From assembly GCA_019424245.1 (NCBI GenBank), contig JAHYZV010000009.1, positions 5,317 to 69,316 on the forward strand: a DNA stretch of 64,000 bases, read 5' to 3'. Positions within the stretch are counted from its first letter, which is position 1; the number at the start of each line of letters is the position of its first letter. The notes under the pieces were generated by a model. It ran no database searches. It saw only the letters and a program-made list of their open reading frames with translations, and was not told where the DNA came from. Position numbers and translations under genes: made by a program. This DNA comes from Clostridiales bacterium. Its GTDB lineage: Bacteria; Bacillota; Clostridia; Lachnospirales; Lachnospiraceae. Positions 10,418 through 22,104 of the stretch are shown in pieces.

Positions 10418-11479
10418 GTGACAGTGGAAACGATTGTTGCAAATATTACAGGAAATCCCAAAGAGGATGACAAAATATATGATAAGGCAGGAGAAATACT
10501 AAGAGCAGGCGGTCTTGTCGCATTTCCAACAGAAACAGTTTATGGACTGGGGGCAGATGCACTTGATGTGAAGGCCTCTGCAAAGATATATGCGGCTAAG
10601 GGAAGACCATCAGATAATCCGCTTATAGTCCATATCGCAGATATGGATGCACTGTACAAGCTTTCAAGTGAGGTGCCAAAGACAGCATTAAAGCTTGCCG
10701 AAAAGTTCTGGCCGGGACCTCTTACAATGATATTAAAAAAGTCGGATATAGTTCCTGATTCAATCACAGGTGGACTTGGAACGGTTGCTATAAGAATGCC
10801 GAGCCATAAAGTGGCAGCAGAGCTTATAAGAAAATCAGGTGTATATATAGCGGCACCTAGTGCTAACACCTCTGGAAAACCAAGCCCTACGCTGGCAAGC
10901 CATGTTATAAAGGATCTTTCAGGAAAGATAGATATGATAATAGCAGATGATACAGTAGATATAGGCGTTGAGTCAACTATTATTGATCTTAGTGAGGAAG
11001 TGCCGGCTATACTTCGTCCTGGATATATAACAAAGGAGATGTTTGAGGAGGTTATAGGCAGAGTGACTATAGATCCGGCTATAACTGACGGGGTGAAGGC
11101 AGGGGTTGTGCCAAGAGCACCAGGCATGAAATATAAGCATTATGCACCGGATGCAGATCTTAAGATTGTTGAAGGTGACATGGCTAAGGTTGTTGATTAT
11201 ATAAACGATAACACGAAAAAGCTTATTAATGAAGGCTTTAAGGTAGCAATAATGACTACCGATGAAACAAGGCATTTTTATACAGATGGAATAGTTATTT
11301 CCATGGGACATAAGAGTGATGAGCTAAGCGTTGCAAGACATTTGTATGCGATACTAAGAGAGTTTGATAATGAACATGTGGATTATGTATTTTCGGAAAG
11401 CTTTGAAACAGAGAATGTTGGACGTGCAGTCATGAACAGATTGATAAAAGCTGCAGGGCATACTATAATACACGTATAG
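10418..11479 (+). CDS. tsaC: L-threonylcarbamoyladenylate synthase (Sua5/YwlC)
   Basis: FPTETVYGLG, KGRPSDNPLIVH, APSAN and APGMKYKHYAP Sua5 motifs. Confidence 0.95.
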   Translation: MTVETIVANITGNPKEDDKIYDKAGEILRAGGLVAFPTETVYGLGADALDVKASAKIYAAKGRPSDNPLIVHIADMDALYKLSSEVPKTALKLAEKFWPGPLTMILKKSDIVPDSITGGLGTVAIRMPSHKVAAELIRKSGVYIAAPSANTSGKPSPTLASHVIKDLSGKIDMIIADDTVDIGVESTIIDLSEEVPAILRPGYITKEMFEEVIGRVTIDPAITDGVKAGVVPRAPGMKYKHYAPDADLKIVEGDMAKVVDYINDNTKKLINEGFKVAIMTTDETRHFYTDGIVISMGHKSDELSVARHLYAILREFDNEHVDYVFSESFETENVGRAVMNRLIKAAGHTIIHV

Positions 11480-11518
11480 ATAACAAGATTGCAGTGTGAG
11501 CCAGGATGGTGTTTCGTT

Positions 11519-11980
11519 ATGAACAGATTTAATAAAGTAATATTTGTATGTATGGGTAATACATGCAGAAGCCCTATGGCTGCAACGATTATGTCTAATC
11601 TTATGCCGGAGATGAGAAGTGAATCAAGGGGAATGGTTGTGCTTTTTCCTGAGCCTTATAATCCAAAGGCAGTTGCAGTAGCTTCAAGACATGGAATGAT
11701 TATGCCTAGTAATGTTTCAGCCCAGATATCCAATGATGATTTTAGTGTAGATACGCTTGTGCTTACTATGAACTTATCTATGAAACAGAAAATGTATGAT
11801 ACATTTGACAAGGCTATAAATGTCTTTACACTTGGTGAGCTTGCCGGAGAGGGCGATGTAGAAGTGCCAGATCCTTATGGCAAGGGACTTGAAGAATATA
11901 ATAGGTGTTTTGAGCAGTTATACAGTCTTGTTGCAAAGGTTGTAGATGTAATAACCTCACCAAGGAACAATCAGGATTGA
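11519..11980 (+). CDS. ywlE: Low-molecular-weight protein Arg/Tyr phosphatase (YwlE-like)
   Basis: CMGNTCRS P-loop and DPYG; ywlC-ywlE-rpiB synteny. Confidence 0.8.
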   Translation: MNRFNKVIFVCMGNTCRSPMAATIMSNLMPEMRSESRGMVVLFPEPYNPKAVAVASRHGMIMPSNVSAQISNDDFSVDTLVLTMNLSMKQKMYDTFDKAINVFTLGELAGEGDVEVPDPYGKGLEEYNRCFEQLYSLVAKVVDVITSPRNNQD

Positions 11981-12012
11981 TAAACAATAACACGATAATA
12001 AAGGAGAAAATT

Positions 12013-12438
12013 ATGATAGCAATTGGATGTGATCACGGAGCAGTAGAACTTAAAAACCAGATGATAGAGCATCTTAAGAAGAGAGGAATAGAGTGTAAGG
12101 ATGTTGGAACATATACAAGTGAGTCATGTGACTATCCTGTATATGCAAACAAAGTAGCGGATCTTGTAACAAGCGGTGAATGTGAGCTTGGTATTCTTAT
12201 GTGCGGAACAGGTATAGGCATGAGTATGGCTGCTAACAAGGTCAAGGGAATAAGAGCTGCACTTTGCAGTGACTGTTTTAGTGCACAGGCAACAAGAGAG
12301 CATAACAATGCCAACGTACTCTGTCTTGGTGCAAGAGTAATCGGACCAGAGCTGGCGTTCAGAATAGCAGATACATTCCTTGATTCAAAATTCAGCAATG
12401 ATGAAAGGCATATAAGAAGAATATCAATGTTTGATTAA
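12013..12438 (+). CDS. rpiB: Ribose-5-phosphate isomerase B
   Basis: IAIGCDHG, CGTGIGMSMAANK, REHNNAN; AAGGAG RBS. Confidence 0.95.
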   Translation: MIAIGCDHGAVELKNQMIEHLKKRGIECKDVGTYTSESCDYPVYANKVADLVTSGECELGILMCGTGIGMSMAANKVKGIRAALCSDCFSAQATREHNNANVLCLGARVIGPELAFRIADTFLDSKFSNDERHIRRISMFD

Positions 12439-12467
12439 TGTTTGATCAATGTCAGAAATGGAGAGAT

Positions 12468-12953
12468 ATGAGCGATAAAAGAAAGGACTATATATCCTGG
12501 GATGAATATTTTATGGGTGTTGCCAAGCTGTCAGCACTTCGTTCCAAGGATCCTAACACACAGGTTGGTGCATGTATAGTAAGTAATGATAATAAGATAT
12601 TATCTATGGGATATAACGGACTTCCTATAGGGTGTTCTGATGATGAATTCCCATGGTGCCGTGAAGGTGATCCACTTGATAACAAGTACTTTTATACGAC
12701 ACATAGTGAACTTAATGCAATACTTAATTACCGTGGTGGAACATTAGATGGAGCCAAGATGTATGTCACGCTGTTTCCATGCAATGAATGTGCAAAGGCG
12801 ATTATACAGGCGGGAATTAAAACTATAGTGTATGATTGTGATAAGTATGCGGATACAGCTTCAGTCATAGCATCAAAGAGGATGCTTAACGCTGCAGGAG
12901 TAAGATATTATAAGTATGAGTCTGATAAAAGAGAAGTGACACTTCAGTTATAG
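12468..12953 (+). CDS. Deoxycytidylate (dCMP) deaminase
   Basis: RSKDPNTQVGACI, HSELNAI and PCNEC zinc motifs. Confidence 0.92.
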   Translation: MSDKRKDYISWDEYFMGVAKLSALRSKDPNTQVGACIVSNDNKILSMGYNGLPIGCSDDEFPWCREGDPLDNKYFYTTHSELNAILNYRGGTLDGAKMYVTLFPCNECAKAIIQAGIKTIVYDCDKYADTASVIASKRMLNAAGVRYYKYESDKREVTLQL

Positions 12954-13024
12954 CAGATGTAGTAGTCGGCGTGGCGATGTGCAATAAATATATATAATTA
13001 TGCCGGGGTCAAAAGTCCCGACTT

Positions 13025-13081
13025 TAATACCCATCATATTTCTATGCAGAAGAATGCATAATATAAATATGATGGGTATTA
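13025..13081. terminator. Long perfect inverted repeat between convergent genes
   Basis: 17-bp TAATACCCATCATATTT / AAATATGATGGGTATTA arms with an inner TATGCA/TGCATA stem. Confidence 0.7.
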
Positions 13082-13117
13082 TTAAATATAATGAGTATTA
13101 TGTTGTTCACTAGTAAA

Positions 13118-13597
13118 TTATATGGAAGCTTCGTAATCTTCAAGAACCTTAAGATATCCGTGGAATGTTCCGGAATATATTGAAGTTAAAAGATTATTCA
13201 GCTTGTGAAGTGATTCTACAAGCATGTTGTCAGATATAAGACCATCGCTGCAGGCATCTGCAAGCTCATCAAGGTCTACTACACGTACAAAGCCTGAGTT
13301 TTCTATGATAACATCAGCTAACAGATCAGTAAAAACGTATGTATCAGAAGCTTTATCGTAAGCTGTATCTATGATATCACAGTATATATAAGCCAGGGTG
13401 TCATCCTGTTTATAGAACTTACTTATTTTATAACCTTCTTTTAGTACGTAATAAGATACGCCATGTGAGAATTCCGCTTTAGGACGGAAGGTTTTCCAGC
13501 TGGTTATAATAGTATCTTCATCAATATGTATGATGGTATCGTCTTTCAGGTTGACGCATTCGCTTGGGATAAGACGTTTACGGAATAAAGTTGCCAT
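13118..13597 (-). CDS. DUF402 family protein
   Basis: YCDII...DLLADV...VVDLDEL acidic motif; AGGAGG RBS. Confidence 0.75.
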   Translation of the reverse strand: MATLFRKRLIPSECVNLKDDTIIHIDEDTIITSWKTFRPKAEFSHGVSYYVLKEGYKISKFYKQDDTLAYIYCDIIDTAYDKASDTYVFTDLLADVIIENSGFVRVVDLDELADACSDGLISDNMLVESLHKLNNLLTSIYSGTFHGYLKVLEDYEASI

Positions 13598-13686
13598 ACG
13601 TATTCCTCCTGGTTAAGTAAATGAATTTCATAGCACATATTTATTATGGAAATTATAGCAAGCAGATATATAAAATTCAACAAAAA

Positions 13687-13743
13687 TGTGGATAAACGTT
13701 GAATAAAAAATTCAGATGTTATTCTTTGTGAAAAATTAGTCAA
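13687..13743. promoter_or_regulatory. Perfect DnaA box plus a Rex-like imperfect palindrome upstream of the atp operon
   Basis: TGTGGATAA at 13687-13695 (reverse complement TTATCCACA); TTGTGAA-AAAT-TAGTCAA at 13726-13743. Confidence 0.35.
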
Positions 13744-13881
13744 AATGCCTAGACATTAGATATCTGAGTGTAAATATTTGGGAAATAAAATATATAGACA
13801 ACATTTGTTTAAAAGGGTATAATCGGTATAGAATTTTAAAGTGAGTGGGTTATCATTAGTGTATGGGAATGAGGAATTGCA

Positions 13882-14154
13882 TTGAAGAATATAGTATTAA
13901 TATCCCAGCTTAGCATATGCGTTATGGTTCCAACGTTTATATGTCTGGCACTAGGTCTATGGCTGGATAAAAAGTTAGGAACATGTTTTACTATTCCACT
14001 GCTTATACTCGGAATTGCGGCTGGCTGCAGGAATGCATACGTGCTTGCTATGAATTCTATAAAGCAGGATGAGGTTAAGAAAAAACTTGAACAGGAAAAG
14101 GATATACAGCAGAAGGTAGAACGATATAACAAAGCACATAAGGATAACAACTAA
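13882..14154 (+). CDS. AtpZ/AtpI-family (ATPase gene 1) membrane protein
   Basis: Two TM helices with GLWLDKKLGT; first gene of the atp operon; GAGG RBS and TTG start. Confidence 0.8.
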   Translation: MKNIVLISQLSICVMVPTFICLALGLWLDKKLGTCFTIPLLILGIAAGCRNAYVLAMNSIKQDEVKKKLEQEKDIQQKVERYNKAHKDNN

Positions 14155-14172
14155 AAGAGAGGAGTATAATGC

Positions 14173-14574
14173 ATGATTGAGAAAATCAAAGATATTAATC
14201 CCTCTATCCCAGGTATGCTTATAGTACAGATGTTGTATCTTATCGTGGGAGAAGCTTTAATAATATGTATAGCCAAAACACCGCTTAAGCCTGCCATAGG
14301 TTTTGTAGCAGGTGTGGCGTATGCGGTTTTTAGTACCTTTCATATGAGTTTACGTATAAGAAAGGTAGTGTATGGAGGGGCGAATACAAGCGTTACATTT
14401 ATATTAGGCTATGTAATACGTCTTATAGTGATGCTTGTTATGTTTACAGTATTGTATGTTTTTGATCTGGGGGATCTGTTATTTGCAATACTGGGAATGT
14501 TTTCAATGAAAGTAGCGGCTTATATACAGCCGTTTACTGATAAATTAATCAACAAAATAAAAAAAGGAAGGTGA
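14173..14574 (+). CDS. atpI: ATP synthase protein I
   Basis: Four hydrophobic segments; lies directly before atpB. Confidence 0.75.
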   Translation: MIEKIKDINPSIPGMLIVQMLYLIVGEALIICIAKTPLKPAIGFVAGVAYAVFSTFHMSLRIRKVVYGGANTSVTFILGYVIRLIVMLVMFTVLYVFDLGDLLFAILGMFSMKVAAYIQPFTDKLINKIKKGR

Positions 14575-14578
14575 GAAG

Positions 14579-15307
14579 GTGGGAAGCTCTTATGTTAACA
14601 CACTTGTAGCATGTGATTCGAGTTTTATGATTCATAGCCTTAAGGAGTTCCATATTCCAGGCATTGATTATACATTCAGTATTAACACGACACATGTTGC
14701 TATGTTGCTGGTTTCAATCTTCATAATTATCATGGCGGTTATTGCCAGGGTGAAGATTAATAAGGTCAAGCCTGATGATACACCTGGGATGTTCCAGAAT
14801 GCTATAGAGATTATAGTGGAGATGCTTGGAACGATGGTTGACGGCATTATGGGAAAGAATGCAAACAAGTTCGTCAACTATATTTCAACATTATTCCTAT
14901 TTATTATAATTTCCAATATATCTGGTCTTTTCGGACTCAGGCCACCAACAGCTGATTATGGTGTTACGCTATGCCTTGGTCTGATCACATTTATACTTGT
15001 TCAGTTCAATGGTATAAAGAAGAATAAGGTAGGACATTTTGCTGCATTATTCCAGCCAATCTGGTTTTTGTTCCCTATTAACCTGATAGGTGAGTTTGCA
15101 GTTCCGTTGTCTCTTTCATTGCGTCTGTTTGGTAACGTTATGTCAGGAACAGTTCTTATGGGACTTATCTATGATTTGTTAAAGCCATTTACAATTGCTT
15201 ATCCGGCAGTACTTCATGCATACTTTGACTTGTTCTCAGGATGTATTCAGGCGTATGTATTCTGTATGTTAACTATGGTTTATGTTAACGACAAGATAGC
15301 AGATTAA
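14579..15307 (+). CDS. atpB: F0 subunit a
   Basis: PPTAD, SLSLRLFGN (conserved Arg), IQAYVF. Confidence 0.96.
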   Translation: MGSSYVNTLVACDSSFMIHSLKEFHIPGIDYTFSINTTHVAMLLVSIFIIIMAVIARVKINKVKPDDTPGMFQNAIEIIVEMLGTMVDGIMGKNANKFVNYISTLFLFIIISNISGLFGLRPPTADYGVTLCLGLITFILVQFNGIKKNKVGHFAALFQPIWFLFPINLIGEFAVPLSLSLRLFGNVMSGTVLMGLIYDLLKPFTIAYPAVLHAYFDLFSGCIQAYVFCMLTMVYVNDKIAD

Positions 15308-15494
15308 GTTGAAATATAATTTCCGGATATAGGGGTCTGGATATTAGATTTTCATAGTTAGTCCAGGCATGTACAAGATTCATACCTGGAATGTTATATG
15401 CTAAATGCATATAAAATATTGTGTAATGTGCACATTTTGATTGCACGGTGATAAAAGAACCGGTGCTTAAATTTTATTAACGGAGGATTTTAAG

Positions 15495-15752
15495 ATGAAT
15501 ATTAGTGGACAGGAATTTATTCAGGCTATGTCAGCCATTGGTGCAGGTATTGCGATGATCGCAGGTGTTGGTCCTGGTGTTGGACAGGGTATTGCAGCAG
15601 GTCATGGTGCAGCAGCAGTTGGACGTAATCCAGGTGCTAAGTCAGATATCACTTCAACTATGTTACTTGGACAGGCTGTTGCCGAGACAACAGGTCTTTA
15701 TGGTTTCGCCGTAGCTATTATCTTAATGTTCGTTCAGCCATTCAAGGGTTAA
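15495..15752 (+). CDS. atpE: F0 subunit c, Na+-binding type
   Basis: GPGVGQG, RNP loop, [10 protein letters not shown]. Confidence 0.97.
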   Translation: MNISGQEFIQAMSAIGAGIAMIAGVGPGVGQGIAAGHGAAAVGRNPGAKSDITSTMLLGQAVAETTGLYGFAVAIILMFVQPFKG

Positions 15753-15818
15753 TTAAGAACGGAATATTATATTCATAAGGGTAAAGGCCCATTAAGATAA
15801 TGGAAAGGAGGCCAACAA

Positions 15819-16370
15819 TTGAATTTCGGAAGTACATTTGTGGCTCTTGAAACATCAGGAAGATTATTTGGACTTGATTATCAGCTCTTATTTGATGCTG
15901 CGATAACAGCCATTAACGTATTCATATTATTCCTGCTTTTGTCAGTTATTCTTTTCAATCCTGTTCGTAACATGTTAAAGAAAAGACAGGATAAGATAAC
16001 AAGTGACAGGGAAACTGCGGAAAAGAACAGGGAAGATGCTCTTGCCATGAAGGCAGAATATGAAGAAAAGTTAAAGGCTGCGAATAAAGAAGCAGAGCTT
16101 ATATTAAGTGATGCCAGAAAGACAGCTATGCATAATGAGCAGAAGATCATAGATGAAGCTAAAGAAGAAGCTGCAAGAATTATCGAGAGAGCAGGTAAGG
16201 AAGCAGAACTTGAAAAGCAGAAAGTGGCAGATGAAGTTAAGCAGCAGATTGTTACTGTATCAGCTATGATAGCTTCTAAGCTTATCTCTAAATCTATTGA
16301 TGAGAGCGAAAGTAATGCAATTATTGAACAGACTTTGAATGAAATGGGTGAGAACACATGGCGAAATTAG
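15819..16370 (+). CDS. atpF: F0 subunit b
   Basis: TM helix followed by a long E/K/A coiled coil; AAGGAGG RBS and TTG start. Confidence 0.95.
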   Translation: MNFGSTFVALETSGRLFGLDYQLLFDAAITAINVFILFLLLSVILFNPVRNMLKKRQDKITSDRETAEKNREDALAMKAEYEEKLKAANKEAELILSDARKTAMHNEQKIIDEAKEEAARIIERAGKEAELEKQKVADEVKQQIVTVSAMIASKLISKSIDESESNAIIEQTLNEMGENTWRN

Positions 16371-16906
16371 TAGAAACAACTTACGGTGAGGCTTTATTTG
16401 AGCTCGCCATCCAGGAATCTAAGATCGACGAACTATGTGAAGAAGCACAGGTTGTGATAGATGTGTTCAAGGATAACCAGGATCTGGTAAAGATATTAAG
16501 GTCACCTAAGGTTGAAAAGGGTGATAAGGAAGAACTTATAAAGAATATATTTGATAAGTTCGTATCTAAGGATATTACAGGACTTTTAACTGTTATGGTG
16601 TCTAAGGACAGACAGGACAAGATAGTAAGTACACTCCAGTACTTTATAAAGAGAGTATATGAGTACAAGAAGATAGGAGTGGCTTTCGTTACCACAGCCA
16701 GACCTCTCACAGATGATCAGAAGCTGTCAGTTGTAAGCAGACTGCTTGCAACAACTGATTATGTGGATTTCAAGATTAATTATGATATAGATGAATCGCT
16801 TATAGCGGGCATGGTCATAAGAATCGGAGACAGAGTCGTAGACAGCAGTGTAAAACATAAAATCGATGAGCTTGCCAGGAATTTAAAGAATATCCAGCTG
16901 GCATAA
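16358..16906 (+). CDS. atpH: F1 subunit delta
   Basis: YGEALFELA...IAGMVIRIGDRVVDSS. Confidence 0.95.
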   Translation: MAKLVETTYGEALFELAIQESKIDELCEEAQVVIDVFKDNQDLVKILRSPKVEKGDKEELIKNIFDKFVSKDITGLLTVMVSKDRQDKIVSTLQYFIKRVYEYKKIGVAFVTTARPLTDDQKLSVVSRLLATTDYVDFKINYDIDESLIAGMVIRIGDRVVDSSVKHKIDELARNLKNIQLA

Positions 16907-16942
16907 AGCTTGAATCTAATAGAAAGTAGGTGCATAAAGCTA

Positions 16943-18451
16943 ATGAATTTAAGACCGGAAGAAATCAGTTCAGTTATTAAAGAACAGATTAAAAGATATT
17001 CTGCCGAACTAGAAGTATCAGAAGTTGGTACAGTAATTCAGGTAGCAGATGGTATCGCTAGAATCCATGGACTTGAAAAGGCCATGCAGGGAGAACTTCT
17101 TGAATTCCCTGGTGAAGTATATGGTATGGTGCTTAACCTTGAAGAGGACAATGTAGGTGCCGTTCTTCTTGGTGATTCAAGAAATATAAGCGAAGGTGAT
17201 ACTGTCAAAACAACTGGACGAGTAGTTGAAGTTCCAGTTGGTGATGCATTAACAGGACGAGTTGTTAATGCACTTGGACAGCCTATAGATGGCAAGGGTC
17301 CTATTAACACAGACAAGACAAGAAAGATAGAAAGAGTTGCTTCAGGCGTTATCACAAGAAAGTCAGTAAGTGTTCCACTTCAGACAGGTATTAAGGCTAT
17401 CGATGCCATGGTTCCTATCGGAAGAGGACAAAGAGAACTTATCATCGGTGACCGTCAGACAGGTAAGACAGCTATCGCTATAGATACTATTATCAACCAG
17501 AAGGGTCAGGGTGTACATTGTATATATGTTGCTATCGGACAGAAGGCATCAACAGTTGCAAGTATCGTTAAGACTCTTGAAGAATATGGTGCTATGAGTT
17601 ATACAACAGTAGTAGCATCAACAGCAAGTGAGCTTGCACCTCTTCAGTATATTGCTCCTTACTCAGGATGCGCTATAGGTGAAGAGTGGATGGAAAACGG
17701 TGAAGATGTTCTTGTTGTATATGATGACTTAAGTAAGCATGCAGCAGCATACAGAACACTTTCACTTCTGTTAAAGAGAGCTCCTGGACGTGAGGCTTAT
17801 CCTGGAGATGTATTCTATCTTCACTCAAGACTTCTTGAGAGAGCAGCACGTATGTCAGATGAGTACGGTGGAGGCTCACTTACAGCCCTTCCTATCATCG
17901 AAACACAGGCAGGAGATGTTTCAGCATATATCCCTACTAACGTAATATCTATTACAGATGGTCAGATATATCTTGAAACTGAGATGTTTAACTCTGGTTT
18001 CAGACCAGCGATCAATGCAGGTCTTTCTGTATCAAGAGTTGGTGGTTCAGCACAGATTAAGGCTATTAAGAAGATTGCTGCTCCTATCCGTACAGAGCTT
18101 GCACAGTACAGAGAGCTTGCTTCATTCTCACAGTTTGGTTCAGAGCTTGATGCCGATACTAAGGAGAAGCTTGCACAGGGCGAGCGTATCATGGAGATGT
18201 TAAAGCAGCCACAGTATAAGCCAATGCCTGTTGAATATCAGGTTATCATTATATATGCTGTAACTAAGAAGTATGTTATTGACATACCAGTAGATAAGAT
18301 TCTTGATTTCCAGGAAGGTTTGTTTGAATTCATAGATACTAAGTATCCTCAGATTCCAGAGTCTATAAAGGAAACTAAGGAACTTACTGAAGAGAATGAA
18401 AAGCTGCTTGTAAGTGCTATTGAAGAGTTTAAGAAAACATTTAAGTTCTAA
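16943..18451 (+). CDS. atpA: F1 subunit alpha
   Basis: [29 protein letters not shown]. Confidence 0.98.
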   Translation: MNLRPEEISSVIKEQIKRYSAELEVSEVGTVIQVADGIARIHGLEKAMQGELLEFPGEVYGMVLNLEEDNVGAVLLGDSRNISEGDTVKTTGRVVEVPVGDALTGRVVNALGQPIDGKGPINTDKTRKIERVASGVITRKSVSVPLQTGIKAIDAMVPIGRGQRELIIGDRQTGKTAIAIDTIINQKGQGVHCIYVAIGQKASTVASIVKTLEEYGAMSYTTVVASTASELAPLQYIAPYSGCAIGEEWMENGEDVLVVYDDLSKHAAAYRTLSLLLKRAPGREAYPGDVFYLHSRLLERAARMSDEYGGGSLTALPIIETQAGDVSAYIPTNVISITDGQIYLETEMFNSGFRPAINAGLSVSRVGGSAQIKAIKKIAAPIRTELAQYRELASFSQFGSELDADTKEKLAQGERIMEMLKQPQYKPMPVEYQVIIIYAVTKKYVIDIPVDKILDFQEGLFEFIDTKYPQIPESIKETKELTEENEKLLVSAIEEFKKTFKF

Positions 18452-18474
18452 ATGTGGGAATGGAGGTAAATTCT

Positions 18475-19332
18475 ATGGCCTCAATGAAAGATATAAAAAG
18501 GCGTAGAGACAGTATTCAGAGTACTGGTCAGATTACTAAGGCTATGAAGCTTGTTTCCACTGTTAAACTTCAGAAAGCAAAGGGAAAGGCAGAGAGCACA
18601 AAGCCTTATTCAGATCTGATGTACGAGACGATATGCAATATGCTTGCAAGGTCAGGTAACATCAATCACAAGTATCTTGTTCCTGGTGAGTCTTCTAAGA
18701 AGGCGGTTATAACAATAACAGCTAACCGAGGACTTGCCGGAGGATATAATACAAACTTAACAAAGCTTATTACAGAGAGTGGTATTCCAAAGGAAGATAT
18801 AGATATAGTTGCTATAGGTACCAAGGGAAGAGATTATCTTGCAAGAAGAGGGTATAATATATCAGAAGATGATTCTGATGTTATCAATGAACCTCTTTAT
18901 ACAGATGCAAGAAGCATATGTGATAAGCTGCTTGAAAGATTTGCAGCTGGTGAAATAGGTGAGATATATCTTGCTTATACTTCGTTTAAGAATACAGTAG
19001 TTCATGAGCCTAAGCTTATTAAGCTTCTTCCTGTATCAGTAGATACAGATGGCTTAAGCAGCGGTGAGGATACAACACCTATGAACTATGAGCCAGCGGA
19101 AGATGAAGCTTTGAACCTTATCATACCTAAGTATGTGTGCAGTCTTATATATGGTGCGCTTATAGAGGCGGTTGCCAGTGAGAATGGTGCACGTATGCAG
19201 GCTATGGATAATGCCACAAGCAACGCAGATGAGATGATTTCTGATCTTTCACTTAAGTATAACAGAGCCCGTCAGGCTTCTATTACACAGGAACTTACAG
19301 AAATCATAGCAGGTGCGAATGCTATCGGATAG
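18475..19332 (+). CDS. atpG: F1 subunit gamma
   Basis: QITKAMKLV...RQASITQELTEI; GGAGG RBS. Confidence 0.98.
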   Translation: MASMKDIKRRRDSIQSTGQITKAMKLVSTVKLQKAKGKAESTKPYSDLMYETICNMLARSGNINHKYLVPGESSKKAVITITANRGLAGGYNTNLTKLITESGIPKEDIDIVAIGTKGRDYLARRGYNISEDDSDVINEPLYTDARSICDKLLERFAAGEIGEIYLAYTSFKNTVVHEPKLIKLLPVSVDTDGLSSGEDTTPMNYEPAEDEALNLIIPKYVCSLIYGALIEAVASENGARMQAMDNATSNADEMISDLSLKYNRARQASITQELTEIIAGANAIG

Positions 19333-19347
19333 TTATAATAATTATAG

Positions 19348-20751
<1,404 letters not shown>

Positions 20752-20803
20752 AAGATAAGCAATAAAGATTGTAAACTCAGGTATCTTGATAAGGAGAATT
20801 GAT

Positions 20804-21202
20804 ATGGCAGATACAATGAAGCTTTTAGTAAATACACCCGAAAGAGTGTTTTACAATGATGACGTCACATTTGTTGAGCTGTGCACAAGTGAGGGTGAAA
20901 TAGGTGTATATCCTAACCATGTACCGCTTACAGCTGTGCTTGTTCCATGTGTGTTAACAATTCATAAGGATGGCGAAGTAAAGAAGGCTGCTGTTCATGG
21001 TGGAATAGTAGAGATACTAAAAGACCGTGTTACAGTACTTGCAGAAATAGCAGAGTGGCCGGATGAAATCGATGTTAATCGTGCCAATGAAGCAAAGGTA
21101 AGAGCGGAAAGAAGACTTGCTGCAAAGGAAGGTAATCTTGATGTCCACAGAGCAGAGCTTGCTCTTAGAAGATCCCTTGCAAGACTTGGAGCAGTTGATT
21201 AA
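20804..21202 (+). CDS. atpC: F1 subunit epsilon
   Basis: TPER...GEIGVYPNH...IDVNRA; last gene of the operon. Confidence 0.95.
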   Translation: MADTMKLLVNTPERVFYNDDVTFVELCTSEGEIGVYPNHVPLTAVLVPCVLTIHKDGEVKKAAVHGGIVEILKDRVTVLAEIAEWPDEIDVNRANEAKVRAERRLAAKEGNLDVHRAELALRRSLARLGAVD

Positions 21203-21253
21203 TAATGAAGTATTATAGTCAGTTGTTATGCTAAAGACTAAAATACATCATGA

Positions 21254-21283
21254 GTATATACCTTCCATTAACTGGTAATAATA
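21254..21283 (+). promoter_or_regulatory. Putative sigma-F promoter of ywmB
   Basis: GTATA-15 nt-GGTAATAATA matches the sigma-F consensus GyATA-15-GGnnAnAhTr. Confidence 0.6.
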
Positions 21284-21321
21284 TCAGAGAATATTATTAT
21301 TGGTTGATGGGAGGTTTTTAT

Positions 21322-22104
21322 ATGTATAAGAGTATATTGCTTAAAGACAAATATGTGAAAAGATATAGTTTTCAGAGGCTTAGTATTATACTGGCAATAG
21401 TTTTATGGATATTTACAGCTGTGCGTGTGTTTTCACCTGGAATAGTAAGGGCGGTATCAGTTAACAGCAGAAAGGATATGGTGAGCATATTCTGCAATAA
21501 TGTTTACAGGGATGTTTCATCAGAGCTTACTGCTTATGGGGTGATAACTGAAAGCTACCTGTCAGATGATGCTAAAACAATGCTTCTTACGGATATAGCA
21601 GAAGATATAGGGCTTAATGCATATAAAATAGTGAAGCATGCAAATGAAGAAGATGATTCATATGCATTGATACAGGACTCAGTTTATGGGGATGTGGATA
21701 TAAGGATATTATCAAGCCAGAATAAGTATTATCTTGCCATAGATATAAAGCTTGATAAGGGAATAGAAGGTACAGAGCAGTATAAAAAAATAGTGGAAAC
21801 AGTATGTGAGGAATATGGCATAGATTGCGTTGTTAATGTATGCCTTAAGGGAGCAGTAGATGGCAGAATAGATATAACAGATAGGAAAAATCTGTGTAAT
21901 GAGTTGTTAAAACAGCTTAAAGCAAAGGAAATACAGTCAAGAAAGACCATGGATATGTTTGTGGTATATGCATATGACAGAAGTGAAAAAGACTATGTCA
22001 TGCTTGGTAAGAAAAAAATAAATGTAAATATATCAATGGAATATGATGAGACAGAGGATAAAACGATAGTGTACATGGCTTCACCGGTATATATTGGAAA
22101 ATAG
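21322..22104 (+). CDS. YwmB-family (TBP-like fold) membrane-anchored protein
   Basis: Follows atpC as ywmB does in B. subtilis; one TM helix; C-terminal KINVNI...YMASP; GGGAGG RBS. Confidence 0.7.
   Translation: MYKSILLKDKYVKRYSFQRLSIILAIVLWIFTAVRVFSPGIVRAVSVNSRKDMVSIFCNNVYRDVSSELTAYGVITESYLSDDAKTMLLTDIAEDIGLNAYKIVKHANEEDDSYALIQDSVYGDVDIRILSSQNKYYLAIDIKLDKGIEGTEQYKKIVETVCEEYGIDCVVNVCLKGAVDGRIDITDRKNLCNELLKQLKAKEIQSRKTMDMFVVYAYDRSEKDYVMLGKKKINVNISMEYDETEDKTIVYMASPVYIGK

Noticed and set aside
12424..12452. Short ATCAATGTTTGAT-like duplication at the rpiB / deaminase junction
   Set aside because: Small slippage duplication that creates a spurious upstream ATG (12438); the RBS supports ATG 12468
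12468..12953. dCMP deaminase (and likewise yhaM and the DEDDh exonuclease) as anti-phage defence genes
   Set aside because: Housekeeping-sized single proteins in core operons with no defence-island context
13687..13695. DnaA box as part of oriC
   Set aside because: Single box, with no cluster and no adjacent dnaA/dnaN
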